Notes: generated by a model not told the origin, from the letters alone. A stretch of DNA of 63,038 bases, filler included, from Octopus bimaculoides (GCF_001194135.2; 6 parts of 5 records of this genome joined end to end with filler, not necessarily neighbours in it); one strand, 5' to 3'; counted from the first letter of the whole stretch, positions 48,701 through 61,382 are shown. Numbers and translations are program-made.

Positions 48701-50948
48701 GACGTGAAGCTAAGAGGAAGATCATTTTGTTAACAATTAATGTTAAGAAGATGAATGAATGTGTGGATTACTGAAAATAGCAAGTTTCTGACGTTTAGCA
48801 CACAGTATACAAGTGAAGGTTTGCTCAATTTTCGGACACTGAAGCCTGCTGAGTCTACTACCATCAATAGTCAAACAGTGACGTATTAAAGGTGTTCCCA
48901 TTACTGCTATATCGGAATTCATTGTGAAAATTTTTTCGGGAGCGGGGAGGAGTTTCGGATAATTGACACGATATTTTTTTATGAAAATTTCTATAAATAC
49001 CTCTCAGATGGTGTAGATTACGATTATATTGGAACTTTACATTAAAAAAAAAGAACGGTGGGCGCGCACATATACATATTGACACATCATGTAACTTCTT
49101 TCGAAATTTCAAGTTTCATTTTGTAAATATGAGATGTATCAGCATGTATACGTTTGCGCCTGCAAATTTTTTTTTCCACATCAAATTCAAAATTATGGCA
49201 NNNNNNNNNNTTTTTATGAAAATTTCTATAAATACCTCTCAGATGGTGTAGATTACGATTATATTGGAACTTTACATTAAAAAAAAAGAACGGTGGGCGC
49301 GCACATATACATATTGACACATCATGTAACTTCTTTCGAAATTTCAAGTTTCATTTTGTAAATATGAGATGTATCAGCATGTATACGTTTGCGCCTGCAA
49401 ATTTTTTTTTCCACATCAAATTCAAAATTATGGCAATCTGCACCATTTAAAAGCTATCTGTAGAAAATGGCTATTTTCTGAAAGTTGTGAGGAAACAAAG
49501 CAAGGGAGGGCACACTTGTGTAAGTATGCCGGTTTTGGAAGCTACTTGGAATTGTGAGCGATGAGGCATGCGTGAAAGTGTTGCCAACATTATTTCAGAA
49601 AATATGTTTCTATCCTTGAAGACAAACTTAAACCAATGTTTTCAAATTAAATAAATAAAAGTCATACTGCAGGAAAAAAAAAAAAAAGAATTAAAAGACA
49701 TTCTTTTGTTAAGCCACTCCACCTACATGAATCCTATAGAGCACTTGTGGTTAAAGTCGGACAACACTTTACATAAGAAGCTCAAAAACCTAGCAATGAG
49801 GACTGCTGGATAATTTACGCCAAACATGGCCAGAATACATCAAACTATAATTTCAGAACTCGAACTCATTAAATCTATATTTGGAAGAGTTACTAGACGG
49901 AAAGAAAAGGGAACAGAATTGAAAGTAAAGATGTAAAAGACAGAAATCTGGGGAGGAAAAAAACTTTCAGACTCGTAATCTCTCTTGTACGAAAAGACAT
50001 AAGTACTTAAAAAAGAAATTAATAAAAATGAATGAAAAACGCCCCACCCAATTTCTTGCCCTTTTTCTTTCCCTGTGAGCGCCATTTACTAATCTTAAGG
50101 TAGCCAAAGAAATGTCAAAGTATGAAACTTTAATAGTTTATATTTCATATTCTTGTATGCTCTCTACAAGATCGAGCAACAACATATATACTATATAAAT
50201 ATATTTACATCGGTTTAAAAAAAAAATTGTCAAAGGTGTTCCTTGATAACCAAAGGCACCCGTATCTAGTGGAGATGGGCGTCACCAGGATTACCAAAAC
50301 TAATGAAACACTTCAACGAAAGTTACACCAATATTTAATTCTATACTGACGTAGTCGGGGTCTGGGTTAATAACGGCCGCGTCTTTCGTCCAAATACAGC
50401 AGAATGGTCGATGAACAGGGCTCAAGTACAGAAAGGGCAGAGAAGATTGACGAAAAAATTCAGGTGCCCCAACTGCAGATATGCTACGGGAATAACTGCA
50501 CTTAACCTGTTGTACTCTTTGCCAAGTGAATTAATATATGTTATTAGATGCATATATATCCATATTTACACATAAACATTTATTTACACAAACACGTATA
50601 TACACATGGATCTACGCAAACAGTTGTGTACAAAAAACCCAATGTGTTTGATATTTTGTGGTGATGAGGTGGTTGTAGTCTAAAGCCAAAAGGAACAATT
50701 AAGAAGAGTTTTAAAATTGCATTATAATACTAACCTTTGTTAAAGGAGATGCAAATTATAAAATAAAGTATGAAAACGGTAACCATTGTCTTTAAATCAC
50801 TTGATAGGTAATAAAAAAAAAAATTAAAAATAAATCTCAAAAAAACCCTCCAAAATAGGTTAAGTTTCAATTTTAGAAGAAAACATTTCTAAACATCAAT
50901 TGTTTAGTCGCTGCTTAAAGTCATTCGTTACAGGAAAGATTCTAACGG

Positions 50949-51007
50949 CCAATTTTTCGATGGTTTTTCACTCGGCGTTGACATTTAACACGGCGCGATG
51001 ACGTCAT
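50949..51007. promoter_or_regulatory. Candidate promoter element: CCAAT plus a perfect CRE palindrome ATGACGTCAT
   Basis: CCAAT at 50949-50953 and ATGACGTCAT at 50998-51007 in a locally CpG-rich patch. Motif presence only. Confidence 0.35.
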
Positions 51008-51292
51008 AACATTTTGTTTTCGTTGTTTAAATTTGAAATTTTTATCTATTTTTTCAAAATTCCTGTAACTTTGTGCAGAAAGCAAACGACAGGATAGCAA
51101 ACCGATATTATTTGTTTAGTAAATTACAAAGTAGCATCTTGGTAATATAAATCACCTATTACTTTAAAAGTTACTCGAAGGCAGTGAACAGCGATGGTTC
51201 AAGTTGTTCAAAGTTACTGGACATACAGCCGGGAGCTCGTTAATTCGTATTACATCACTTGCACTGCATCGTACAAACTTGTAGACGCTTAC

Positions 51293-51352
51293 CTTTCTCA
51301 GCACTGGACCTCATAGGTGAACTATTGACTTCCAGAGCAAAATTCAATTCTT
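51293..51352 (-). CDS. Candidate isolated 60-nt symmetric (phase 1-1) coding exon, xELNFALEVNSSPMRSSAEKx
   Basis: Acceptor gtaacttttctccatag and donor AAG|gtaagc. Only one of three frames is open. No partner exon identified. Confidence 0.3.
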
Positions 51353-52599
51353 CTATGGAGAAAAGTTACATGTATTAGATCAACGTCATATCCAGGGGGA
51401 AGTGTATCTCTCATCTGATTAAGTCTACGATAACTGGAAAGAATCTGACCCAAGTAAAACTATTCTTCTTTTTTTCTGTATTGTTGATAATGAGAAGAAA
51501 ATAATTTCGAAGAATTTAAAGAATGATTTCATTTTGTTCCTAAAACTTGTTCTCTTTCTCTCAAGTCATGTCGTCTCTGTGTTAAGACTTTGTTTTAAAA
51601 TATAAAAATGTGTTAGGTGATCAATCCCTGTTTAATTAACAATTAATTATTTTAAATTATCGTTAACCACCTTCAATTTTTCGAATATAATATGGCGGAC
51701 AAAATGAAACAACTAGCACTGAAGGAAAGTGAAAGTAAACGAATTGTTAATAATTAGTACCATGTAAAATGTATTTGGTTTATTTTATGCAAAATTAATA
51801 AACTGGGATATGATAATCATAGAGTGGGGCAAAATAAGTAATTGCTGATTTTTATCTTCTCCCTACTTGTTTAAAATCATTACGTTGCAAATATTGCATC
51901 ATCATTTTGTACTCTTGCGTCATCTTTTGGACCAAAAATTGGTCAGCATAGTTGTTGTTGTTGTTGAAGATGAGAGGGTTTGAAACATAGTCAGACGACA
52001 AGTACTTCTTTATTAAAGAAAATTTTTAACTTTGAACCCGATTATAATTGAGGTTGCTAATAAAATATCTGGATGATGTTTAGTGCTTAACAATCAAAAT
52101 TCCTTTCTCTGTCGGATTCCAAGTCAAATTTTTTCCGCACTAATGTCTAATTTGATAATTTTCAATTTTCAAAACAAATGTTTAAATTGGGAAAAAGTGA
52201 GTAACGACTAATTTCAGTAATGTTTTCTTTAACGGTATGGTGCGTAAATATGTTGGGAAGAGAGTCACCCTAGCAGATCGTGAATATGCTCTACATAATA
52301 TTTTATGCTGAGTTTTTAGATTTAGTTGAGTTTCGTTAATTTCATATCGTATCAGTTTTCCAATGTCCTCTTTCATTTGACCCAAATATTCACAATTTTT
52401 TGTTGCATTTCTGGTTGTTCTGATGTCTAAGGATCGATACTGATGTGTATGGGCCTTTTTTTCAAATGTAATTCTAAAGAATTGAAGAAGCAAATTTACC
52501 TTACTTTGTCTTACTCATTTTACCCTACCTGAATTTGTCTCTTGTATGCTCAATGAGAACGGAGATAATTTTCTGAAATAGAGTTCTAAATATGTTTTA

Positions 52600-52752
52600 G
52601 AGTAGTTGATACCATAACTTGGTACTTTATTTTATTGATCTCGGAGAGATGAAAGGAAAAGTTGATCTCAATGTGATTTGAATTCTGAACGGGAGCAAAT
52701 GTCGCAAGGCATTTTTTCGGTTGCTCTAATGATTCTGCCAGCTCACTACCTT
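52600..52752 (-). mobile_element. SINE family A, diverged
   Basis: taacttggtactttattttattgatctcgg...gaaaggaaaagttgatctc...tgaattctgaac...ctaatgattctgccagctcact. Confidence 0.75.
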
Positions 52753-52799
52753 TGAATTAAAAATAATGATAATAAAACTAGGATTATGACTCTTTTGTA

Positions 52800-53341
52800 C
52801 CCTTCCCCAACTATCACAGTCGTTGTAATATAAAATCCCCTTCTTGAATATCAGCCCTGCGTACAACTAAAGCCTTTGTTCTTCTGTCAACAATCCATCC
52901 CGAGGTGATATCTTCCAGCTCCGAAAATAACGGTTGTCGACCTGATCCACACTTGCACTTCTTAGCACTTGCCTCATCCACCTGTCTGCTGAGGTTATCG
53001 TACTCTGCTAGCCATTTTCGAACCATTCGGAGATCCAACATCTTCTCCTTAAAGAAAACTGTAAGATTCTTGTTATGTGACTCTTTCACAATTCCTTTCT
53101 TGTACTCCACAGAATAACTCTTTTTGCTCTCATCTTGCCTAGGGTACAAAGGAGTCAATCCCTTACATGCGCACTTAGCGCAGACTTTAGCCAAGCTGCG
53201 GTATTTGGTTTATTTTGCAAACATCACAGGGTCATGCTAACAAGGTCTTATTTTCGGAGTAGGGCTTATATTAAAAACATCCTGAAAAATCATGGTAGAG
53301 CTTATTTTCGGAGTAGGTCTTATTTTCGGGGAAACACGGTA
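52800..53341 (-). mobile_element. pogo/Tc2-type (POGK-like) transposon 5' part
   Basis: TA plus TIR ccgtgtttccccgaaaataagacc, with three subterminal ttattttcgg repeats. ORF KKSYSVEYKKGIV...RMVRKW...GSGRQPLFSELED...WIVDRR looks like a Brinker-type DNA-binding domain plus CENP-B HTH. The DDE domain is absent. Confidence 0.85.
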
Positions 53342-54619
53342 TCTCCAGCAATTCGGCTTGGAAAATTACATTAATGTACTAAATTTTAAAATTTTCAATA
53401 AACTTTGATTTTTGAAATCTTGGTAACCAAACAGAAAAGATCCCCATTTTGAACTTTTATCTTCCTCTTTTTTTTTTTCTTTTTTCGTTAAGGTAAAGAA
53501 TAGGGAAATTATCACTTTGTGATAAAAGTGAAGGATTACTGATATTATCATCTTCCCACCGCCTTACTTTAAGTTACTCATTGCAAACGAACAATTGTTT
53601 AACCATATGAAGTGAATGGTCGTCATGGAGATAATGACAAGAGGGGAGATGGTTACTCCGTGAGTAACAAATGAAATAACCAAACTCTTACAGGTAGGTT
53701 AAATGAGATCAAAAGAAAGGACAAAAGGAAACGAAGCAGTGATATATGAAAGTAGCGAGTTAAGTCTATCAGATTAACTAAGTCTAGAAAGATGTTCTAT
53801 TGTAATATGGAACTGGTCCAGACTCGAGATGACATGGCTCTGTGTAGGGCTGTTGAAAGTAGTGTGGTTGTGGTGGAGACTCTACCTGATATTGTTGCAC
53901 TAATTAGTTAATTATAGTCAAGGTGTCTCTTGTTTTTTTTCTCTTTTTTTTTTGTACAATGCATACATTGTTTATTGACAACAATAAGCAATGGCAACAT
54001 ACGCAACTATAACACACAACATTGACAGCAACAACAATCTTAGGGTTTTTTCCCTCCCCTCACCCCCGGGCTGAAACTATTACTGATTCAGACACACACA
54101 AGTGTGCGAGTTAAACTGTACTTTTTAAACCACACATATACACACAAAAGAAATCCATCAAACGCACACACTTACATACAGATAGTTAAATAGATATACA
54201 ATTTTACATACATATCAATCTGTCTATTTATGTCTATGTATGTGTGTCTGTGTGCGTGTATGCACACACAATACAGGCACATAGTATTTATTTCCACGCC
54301 TCTACTTACTTGTACACTTTAGCAATATGCACACACATCCAGACATGTACAAACATATACATTCGTACATATATTCCTAATTAAACTCACACACACAGTT
54401 ACAGACGTGTACACTCGTATGTAGTTACACAGCCCGGTCAGCTACATAGTTAATTTACAATAATGAAATAGAATGAATAACAGTTAGGCTATGTGGTCAT
54501 TTCCTGATGGTTATCCGGCGAAGAAGATATCAGTTAAATAGGTAATGTAGTGAACTGTTTCATATTACAACACTCTACACCATTTCAACACAAAGTAACA
54601 TTGATCTCTACTATAACAG

Positions 54620-54688
54620 ACCACAGTCATACCACACTATACTGCAAAGGAACGACACCACTCTGCACGAGGGTGTGTACAGTGTAAG
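54620..54688 (+). CDS. Internal exon A of an unidentified gene (TTVIPHYTAKERHHSARGCVQCK), phase 0-0
   Basis: Acceptor tctctactataacag and donor AAG|gtaaat, with a 77-nt intron to the next exon. An alternative acceptor giving start 54627 is possible. Confidence 0.5.
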
Positions 54689-54765
54689 GTAAATAGAGAT
54701 ACAGTGTTAGTATGATGGATATTAAGACGTGTTTCACCATTTTAACTGTTGTGTGTTGTGTCCAG

Positions 54766-54808
54766 GCCATAGCTGATACTGATGATGTGAAGTCTGTCAA
54801 CAAGTCAA
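54766..54808 (+). CDS. Internal exon B of an unidentified gene (AIADTDDVKSVNKS), phase 0-1
   Basis: Branch-like ttttaac, acceptor tgttgtgtccag and a perfect donor CAA|gtaagt. Only phase 0 is open. Confidence 0.65.
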
Positions 54809-55077
54809 GTAAGTTTTGTTGATTTTAATTAGTGATCGGCTCTGAGTGTTGTGTATTTTATATAGTTAAAACAAGTAATTGTGTGATATTATAGACATTA
54901 TAAGCACCAGCTTGAATCAGGAATGAGAAACTAACCAGTTCTTATAATGTCTAATGTACATTTTAAATTGAAAAATTAGCAGTTAATTTATTTATAGTTA
55001 AGAGTATGTCGTCTAGTTAGTTTACTTAATTGTGTGTTGTCTATATAGTTAGTGCGTTTTGTAGTTTTTATACATAC

Positions 55078-55340
55078 GTAGGTGCTGGCATGGCTGTGTG
55101 GTTCAGAAGTTTGCTTCACAACCACATGGTTTCGGGTTCAATCTTGCTGTGTGATACCTGGACAGGTATCTTTTGCTATAGCCCTAGGCTGATCAATGAA
55201 ATTTGGTTATGAAAACTTGGAAGCCCATCATGCGTGTCTGTTTCTTTTCCTACTACTGAACCATTAAATGATGGGAGATGTAAACAGAGCAACTTGAAAA
55301 ATAAGCCCTGGGGTTGATTTACTCAACAAAACCCTTCAAG
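55078..55340 (+). mobile_element. SINE family B, diverged
   Basis: gctggcatggctgtgtggttcagaagtttgcttcacaaccacatggtttcgggttc...gaagcccatc...ctggggttgatttactcaac. Confidence 0.75.
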
Positions 55341-56696
55341 GCAAAGACACAGGGAGAGAAACTTAGGAATTCAAATAAGACATTTTTTTTCTCTCTCAAT
55401 AATTATTTCTGAGGATCTATTCCTTCTCAATCACAGATTTTCGGATCATAATTGGAGTATATGTAAACTTGATGAACAATGCAAATTCTTTCGAACAGAA
55501 ACTTATTAAAACAATGACACCTTTTTTTTTTTAGTTCATACTCTAACTTCAACAACCCCACTTTTTTTTTTTTTTTTACAGTAACCCTATCCTTTCATGT
55601 CTCATCAATTTCCTTTAAGTTTATCAAGGTTTACTCCCTTTACAGCCATACCGTGTTATTCTGCTGAGTGTCCGCATATGACCTCTCCTACTATCTACAT
55701 AGCTGAAGCAACATTTTGTCCAGCAGTCAAAGACTACCACTCTCTCTCTCTCTCTGTAAGACTAGTCAATCACTATTTATTAGAAACTTTGATAAGTTTA
55801 TTGAATTCCAAAATTGATTAATAACTGTTTTACTTCTCATTGCATTTTAAAATATTTTTCCAGGTACATTCTGTGAAATTTGCCAATTCACAATTAAAGG
55901 TGAGCTGAAACTTTGATTGGTGATGAGTCTTGGATAAAACATAAGCTGTATGTGTTTGTAAATATGTGTGTATGTTGACATAAATGACATTTAAAAGACA
56001 TTGAAGTGCTTTGTGAAAATAAGAACTAGCTCTGGAGTGCATTATCTGAGGTTGGTGGAAAAGACACTTTCAAAAACTATTTGATTAATTAGAATAAAGT
56101 AATTATAGGAATTTTCACATTTACAAACTGTGTGTACATGGTAGTGATAAAGTGGAATGAAGAAGAAGTAACTTTGAATAAGTTGTTTGTATGTATGTAG
56201 TGTGAATATATAAGCAAAAACCAGCAACTAATGTGGATGGAACATAAAATAATTCAACTGAAAATCATGCCCTCATTATAATCTCAGCTAACCACCAATG
56301 TATCTCTACTTTCCAGCCATCTACACCTCTCCAAACTACTGATGTGATGATGCAATTATATCTAAGGATTACAATGTGTGTTAGCATGTATAATATATAT
56401 ATGTGTATACTGGTGTTACTTTAGGAGTATATAAATATATATGTTAGAACCTATGTATGTGTGTGAAAGAATTAGTTTGTATATGTGGTTGTGCTGCTGT
56501 TAGAGTTAATATGCAAGTACTAGTGTCAGTGTATATTTCTCTGTTTTTTGTGGGACGTTTGTAGACAAGGTGGGAATCCTGTGTTATGATTCATATAGAA
56601 GAGTGAATGTATGTGTGTGTACACAGTTTGTAATATACATACGCATAGAACCATCTGAAAATTAACACTAAACAATAACTTTTCATTGTTTTGAAG

Positions 56697-56849
56697 AACT
56701 TGACCGCTGGTTGCAGAATATTGGACGTAAAGGTCACTATAGCATAGAAGCAGCAGTGTCCAAATCACTAAACTCTATATGTAACCCGAATGACAACAAA
56801 CCAATGCAGGATGACCCTTTAAGGCTAACAGCCTGCAAGGAGCTCATAG
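56697..56849 (+). CDS. Internal exon C of an unidentified gene (KLDRWLQNIGRKGHYSIEAAVSKSLNSICNPNDNKPMQDDPLRLTACKELI), phase 1-1
   Basis: Acceptor ttttcattgttttgaag and donor TAG|gtaaga. 153 nt fully open in the phase required by exon B. Confidence 0.65.
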
Positions 56850-57266
56850 GTAAGACAAATATATCTAAATGTTACTGTTTCAAGGGAACCTGTTGTAAGT
56901 AAAATGGCAACAGGAAAGGCATTCAACCCTTGGAAAAAATCTGCTTCAACAAAATTCCTTCTAATCTATGCAAGTATGGAAAAGCAGACATTAAATGATG
57001 ATGATGATGACGATGATTATGTTATGTAGGAACAGCGATTATGTACCTTAAGAATTTAATATATATATAGGCACTTTATGTCAGTACAGGTTCCTTATGT
57101 AGGTACAATATATAGGTGTCTTTGTGAATACAGCATATAGATACCTTGAATATGTACAGTGCATAGGTATTACATGTAGGTACAGTATATTGTTCTTGGA
57201 ATTCAAAGATCTAGCTTTGTCACAATTTCTGCTACCCCCATCCCCTCTCTCCTTCATTGTCTCCAG

Positions 57267-57391
57267 ACTACATCAATAAGCAATATCTAATATATAATAA
57301 CATTACCATTCTTTGTCCACATTGGGACCCCTACATTTTATTAACACTACCACCACCACCATCACAACTTGTTGCCACCTGTTTCAATTAA
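57267..57391 (+). CDS. Possible terminal coding exon of the same gene (DYINKQYL...ATCFN*)
   Basis: Long polypyrimidine acceptor ending gtctccag, and phase-1 compatible (ELI-D-YINKQ). The distal part looks low-complexity. Confidence 0.3.
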
Positions 57392-58049
57392 CATCTCAGA
57401 CTTTCACAGTAACCATAGTAATAACATATCCACATCACCATTGCTGCATCCTTGCCTTCATACATGTCTTCCCAAGCAAGCACCTTCTTTTATTATCAAT
57501 CACATCTTGAACATCTGATTAATTAATTAATTAGTGTGTAAACTAATTACATTAATCACTCTGTGGTTGTTGTATCTATAATTATTTATATTGGCTCAGG
57601 ATGAAAGCAATTAATTAATCCTGATATATATTTGTTTCTGTGACAACATTGAGATCATCATTTGGACTGAGTGGTTTTGTTGAATGGCCTGTTTGACTAT
57701 TCCACTGCACTTCTTGTGTGTCCATAGCTTGCACTGGGATTTCTGCATCTACACTTCCTATGTATTGAGCAGGGCCATTCACCTAAAGGGTCCTACCCAC
57801 ACACACGTGTATAATATATATATATATGTATACACACACATACTCATGCATATATATGTATGTCCACATACACACACGCCATAATCATATTTATTATACC
57901 CATTTCAATAAAGGACTGTTCAAATATTGTTGTTTTTTATTAGTGATATTAAAAACACATTTGCTTCTGTTGAAACAATTTCGACTTACACAATAACTCG
58001 CAGAACTAATCTACCAGTAAAGCTGAGAGACAACTGTGTGTGTGTGTGT

Positions 58050-58099
<50 letters not shown>

Positions 58100-58476
58100 A
58101 CAGGGCAGGGAATCGTCAATTAGTAATAAAATTAATAATTAACAATTATGCCGGGTAGCTCAGTATGAAAAAACCTTTTCGGTAAAGCCATTTATAATCA
58201 TAAATATATAGAGATTAGCAGAAACCTGCTTCTCCAACATACTGAGAATTCAGAAACAGCAGCCAAAGAACTACTGATTCTAAAACTACAAATTTTTCTC
58301 TAATTGATAGCGATATTCATGGTACACACAGAACAAAAGACAGAAGAGAAGAGTAAAAAACAAACCTGCCNNNNNNNNNNNNNNNNNNNNNNNNNNNNNN
58401 NNNNNNNNNNNNNNTTAATTAATTAANNNNNNNNNNNNNNNNNNNNNNNNNNNNNNNNNNNNNNNNNNNNTATATA

Positions 58477-59870
58477 TAAGAGTGGCCCTTAGCAATAGAT
58501 AACTTTTCAACAGTTACAATTTTTGCTGCTCTCACCCCCTAATCCTGTGCCAATAAACAAATTAACGGGGTGTGCAAAATTTTAGCTTAATCAGAAAATT
58601 GCTAGGCGACTTTCAAGCGCCTTGAAGTTGGAACATAGTATACGCAACGATTAATTCTTTTCAAAAGCGGTATACTGTTCCCTTTCTCCACCATTTTCTT
58701 TTTTATTCTTAGAGAAATTTATGTGGACCCATCCAGGAAACCCCAACAGATGTTTAAAACCGTTCTGAATCAAACTTACCAATAGCTAATTTGAAAAATT
58801 GCTGAAATAAGATGAAAAATTTAAGAAATATTAGATTTTCTTAATAAAGCATACAACTTGTATAAGAGAAACGCATTTTTATTTACAATAAAAATTTCTA
58901 TAGAACCAAAACCATAATGTGAACACTGAACACTGAATATTGAACATTATTTTCGCATAAGAGACGATTTAATGGCAGTTGGGTATATTTTATGGTTTTC
59001 AGTAACGATCTGTAAAACAAAAATTGTTTCTCAGTTTCATGTTTTGTGAGAATGTTATTGTAATCCTGAATGTGTTTGACACCTCTTTCTGCAACATTAT
59101 TCACAACAACTGTCTTCTCAAGTTTTTCAAGTCCACTTTTGTAACTAGGATCATCCTTCCATGTTGAAGAGTCTTGGTCGAGGAAATCGGTGCTGATAGA
59201 AAATCTCATGAAGAAAGTTTTTATAGCAGGAATTACAAAAGGCGAAAACTCGATGTTTGTAAAGGAAGAAAAGTCATTTCGGTGCAGAATGTACTTCTTC
59301 ACTTGATTTTTTTCTTCTTCCTCTTCTTCACCTTTGTCTGCTTCCAGGATAACTTGAGCAATGTTTGCTTTTACTTCTGTTGGAACATTGTCATCAAATA
59401 TGGATAGAGCCACAGTTTCGGGAGCTAAGTACCAGAGATGGATGGAAAATTTTTTTCGCAGCAGCCTTACTGATTTCTGGGTCAATATTCTAATAATTTA
59501 TCAGTTTGTACATGAATAGGAAATCATAAGATGCTTTAATTACTTCTGATGACAGAAACCAGGTTCGAACATGCACTTGAGCAAGAAAAATACATATTCT
59601 TCTTAAAGAGTTCTTCTCTCCTGGAAATAACTGAAATTGATCTTGAAACAGATATATTTTGAATGCGTAAATTGCTTTTGGCATCTATCTAGCATGACTT
59701 GCAGCTGCTGGTGTACGAAACGATATCCCCTTCTCCCGAATGCCGCCAAGAAAGATCATTGTTTACTCCAGCAATTCTCAGTATTCATTTCGCTGTTGTT
59801 TCTGCGTAGAAAAGTGATAATCAAGAAATCCAAGAATGTTAGATGCACTTTATTGCTACTTGTTATGTAA
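58477..59870 (-). mobile_element. DNA transposon remnant, hAT-related (hATm-like) transposase C-terminal half
   Basis: EY*ELLE*TMIFLGG..GISFRTP..SHAR*MPKAIYAFKIYLFQDQF, HLWYLAPETVALSIFD and VVNNVAERGVK. A TIR-like taagagtggccctta lies at 58477. The subgroup assignment is from memory of these motifs. Confidence 0.7.
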
Positions 59871-60479
59871 ATCTTCTTATTAAGTTTCGTTCAGGTTTCT
59901 CTAAATCTTTTGAAAAAACGCCATTGGTTTAAACGATTAAAAATTTGATAATTTAATAGAAAATGAACGGATGATGAACAGTAAAAACGTGATTGCTTGA
60001 GAGTGGAGCTCGGGCATTGACGTTTGTCCTCATTTATACATATATACATTTCATTCATCGTTTTTATATTTTATGTCCCCCACGTGTACTGTCTCTGTTT
60101 GTCCTTGTACCGACTCCACTGTGTTTCGGGCCTTTGTTCCTAATAAAAGATTATGTTACAATCATCTCGACTTGTTCGTGGATGTTGTTTGTGGCATTGT
60201 TCGGAAACTTTGGCGTAAGTTATAATGTTCGTGCTGAATTGTTGAATTTGCACTGAGTTGATTTATTACGTAGCTGAACTTTTGCTGAGTGTTTTTTAAA
60301 CCCCTATTTTTCTGCTTGTGAAAGACCTTTGTTAACGTCCCCCCCCCCCACACCTTCACAAAAGGGGGAAAATCGCCTATTAAAACCAAGACCAGTAGTG
60401 AACCTGGTACAAGTGAAGATATCAGAAGCGGAGAAGACAGCACAGTTTTAATTAGCATGCCGACAGAAGAGTTTATGCA

Positions 60480-61276
60480 ATGAAGGAAAGCTAGCAATTT
60501 TGTAGCAGCGGCCTGTGTCTCAAAAAAGACAAATTGTGGAAGCGATGAGCTCGGAAAATACAAAAGTAGGAGACATCCAATTGGCAACAGAATGAGTTTA
60601 TACCCAGATCTGTGATCCGGGGAGTGATGACGCTGCTTAGAAAGGACCCAAACATAGATAATTTCAGGCTTATCACAGAGCTGAAGATTTTGGTCAAGGT
60701 GTTAGCACAAAGGTTGGTGCGTGTTGTGGGTGGAATCGTCGGGGAGGCACAAACTTGTGCCGTTCCCGGCAGATCCATACACGATAATCTCCACCTTCTA
60801 CGATACGCCTTAGAGAGGGTTAACGGGTCTCCTGGCGAGGGTGGGGCCCTGGTCCATTTAGACCGGTCCAAACTTTTTGACAGGGTTGACCATCTTTATC
60901 TGGTATCGGTCCTTGCAGCATTCGGGTTCGGCCCCGTCTTCTGCGGGTGAATTATTGCTTTATACAGTAACATCAACTCGATCGTTCGGGTGAACGGGTT
61001 CTTCTCGAAGCCGTTCAACATGAAGCGCAAGTTGGAGGGCTTGAGGGTTCTCGGTTGCAGTAGGAAGGTTTTGGCGTACGCGGATGAAACCACCATCAGC
61101 GTGTCCGAGATGGTACGCCTACAGAAGGTAGGTAAAGTCATTAAGGACTACGAAGCGATGGCAGGAGTAAAAGTTAACCGGGATAAGTCAATCGGCTTGC
61201 AACTCGGCACCTGGAGAGACAAGATGAATACCTCTCAACAACTTCGTAGGGCGTTGGACGGAAAAGCCGGTTAAAA
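60480..61276 (+). mobile_element. L1/Tx1-clade LINE RT domain, decayed, cut by a gap
   Basis: TLLRKDP..DNFRLIT.LKILVKVLAQRL, QTCAVPGRSIHDNL, LDRSKLFDRVDH, VRVNGFFS, AYADETT, KVNRDKS. Confidence 0.92.
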
Positions 61277-61382
61277 NNNNNNNNNNNNNNNNNNNNNNNN
61301 NNNNNNNNNNNNNNNNNNNNTTAATTAATTAANNNNNNNNNNNNNNNNNNNNNNNNNNNNNNNNNNNNNNNNNNNNCATGCA

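Noticed and set aside
48976-49433. Exact ~225-bp direct duplication either side of a 10-N gap
   Set aside because: The copies are identical except for one T in a homopolymer, and they flank a minimal gap. These are overlapping contig ends or haplotypes, not a tandem repeat.
52182-52493. 103-aa minus-strand ORF
   Set aside because: No recognisable motif and no convincing splice sites. It cannot be supported without a database search.
54484-54772. Alternative gene model RLCGHFLMVIRRRRYQLNRPQSYHTILQRNDTTLHEGVYSVRP* using exon 54484-54541
   Set aside because: The acceptor is poor (purine-rich), and the model stops 4 nt into an exon that has a perfect downstream donor. The phase-0 model keeps three exons open.
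55647-55756. Open phase-1 segment IPCYSAECPHMTSPTIYIAEATFCPAVKDYHSLSLS with AG/GT ends
   Set aside because: It ends in a (CT)n run and in phase 0, which is incompatible with exon C at 56697.
12673-61376. Palindromic TTAATTAATTAA at 12717, 40184, 43724, 58415 and 61321, each between two 44-N runs
   Set aside because: Identical 100-bp construct each time, with stop codons in all six frames. It is an assembly spacer, not biology, and adjacency across these joins is unreliable.
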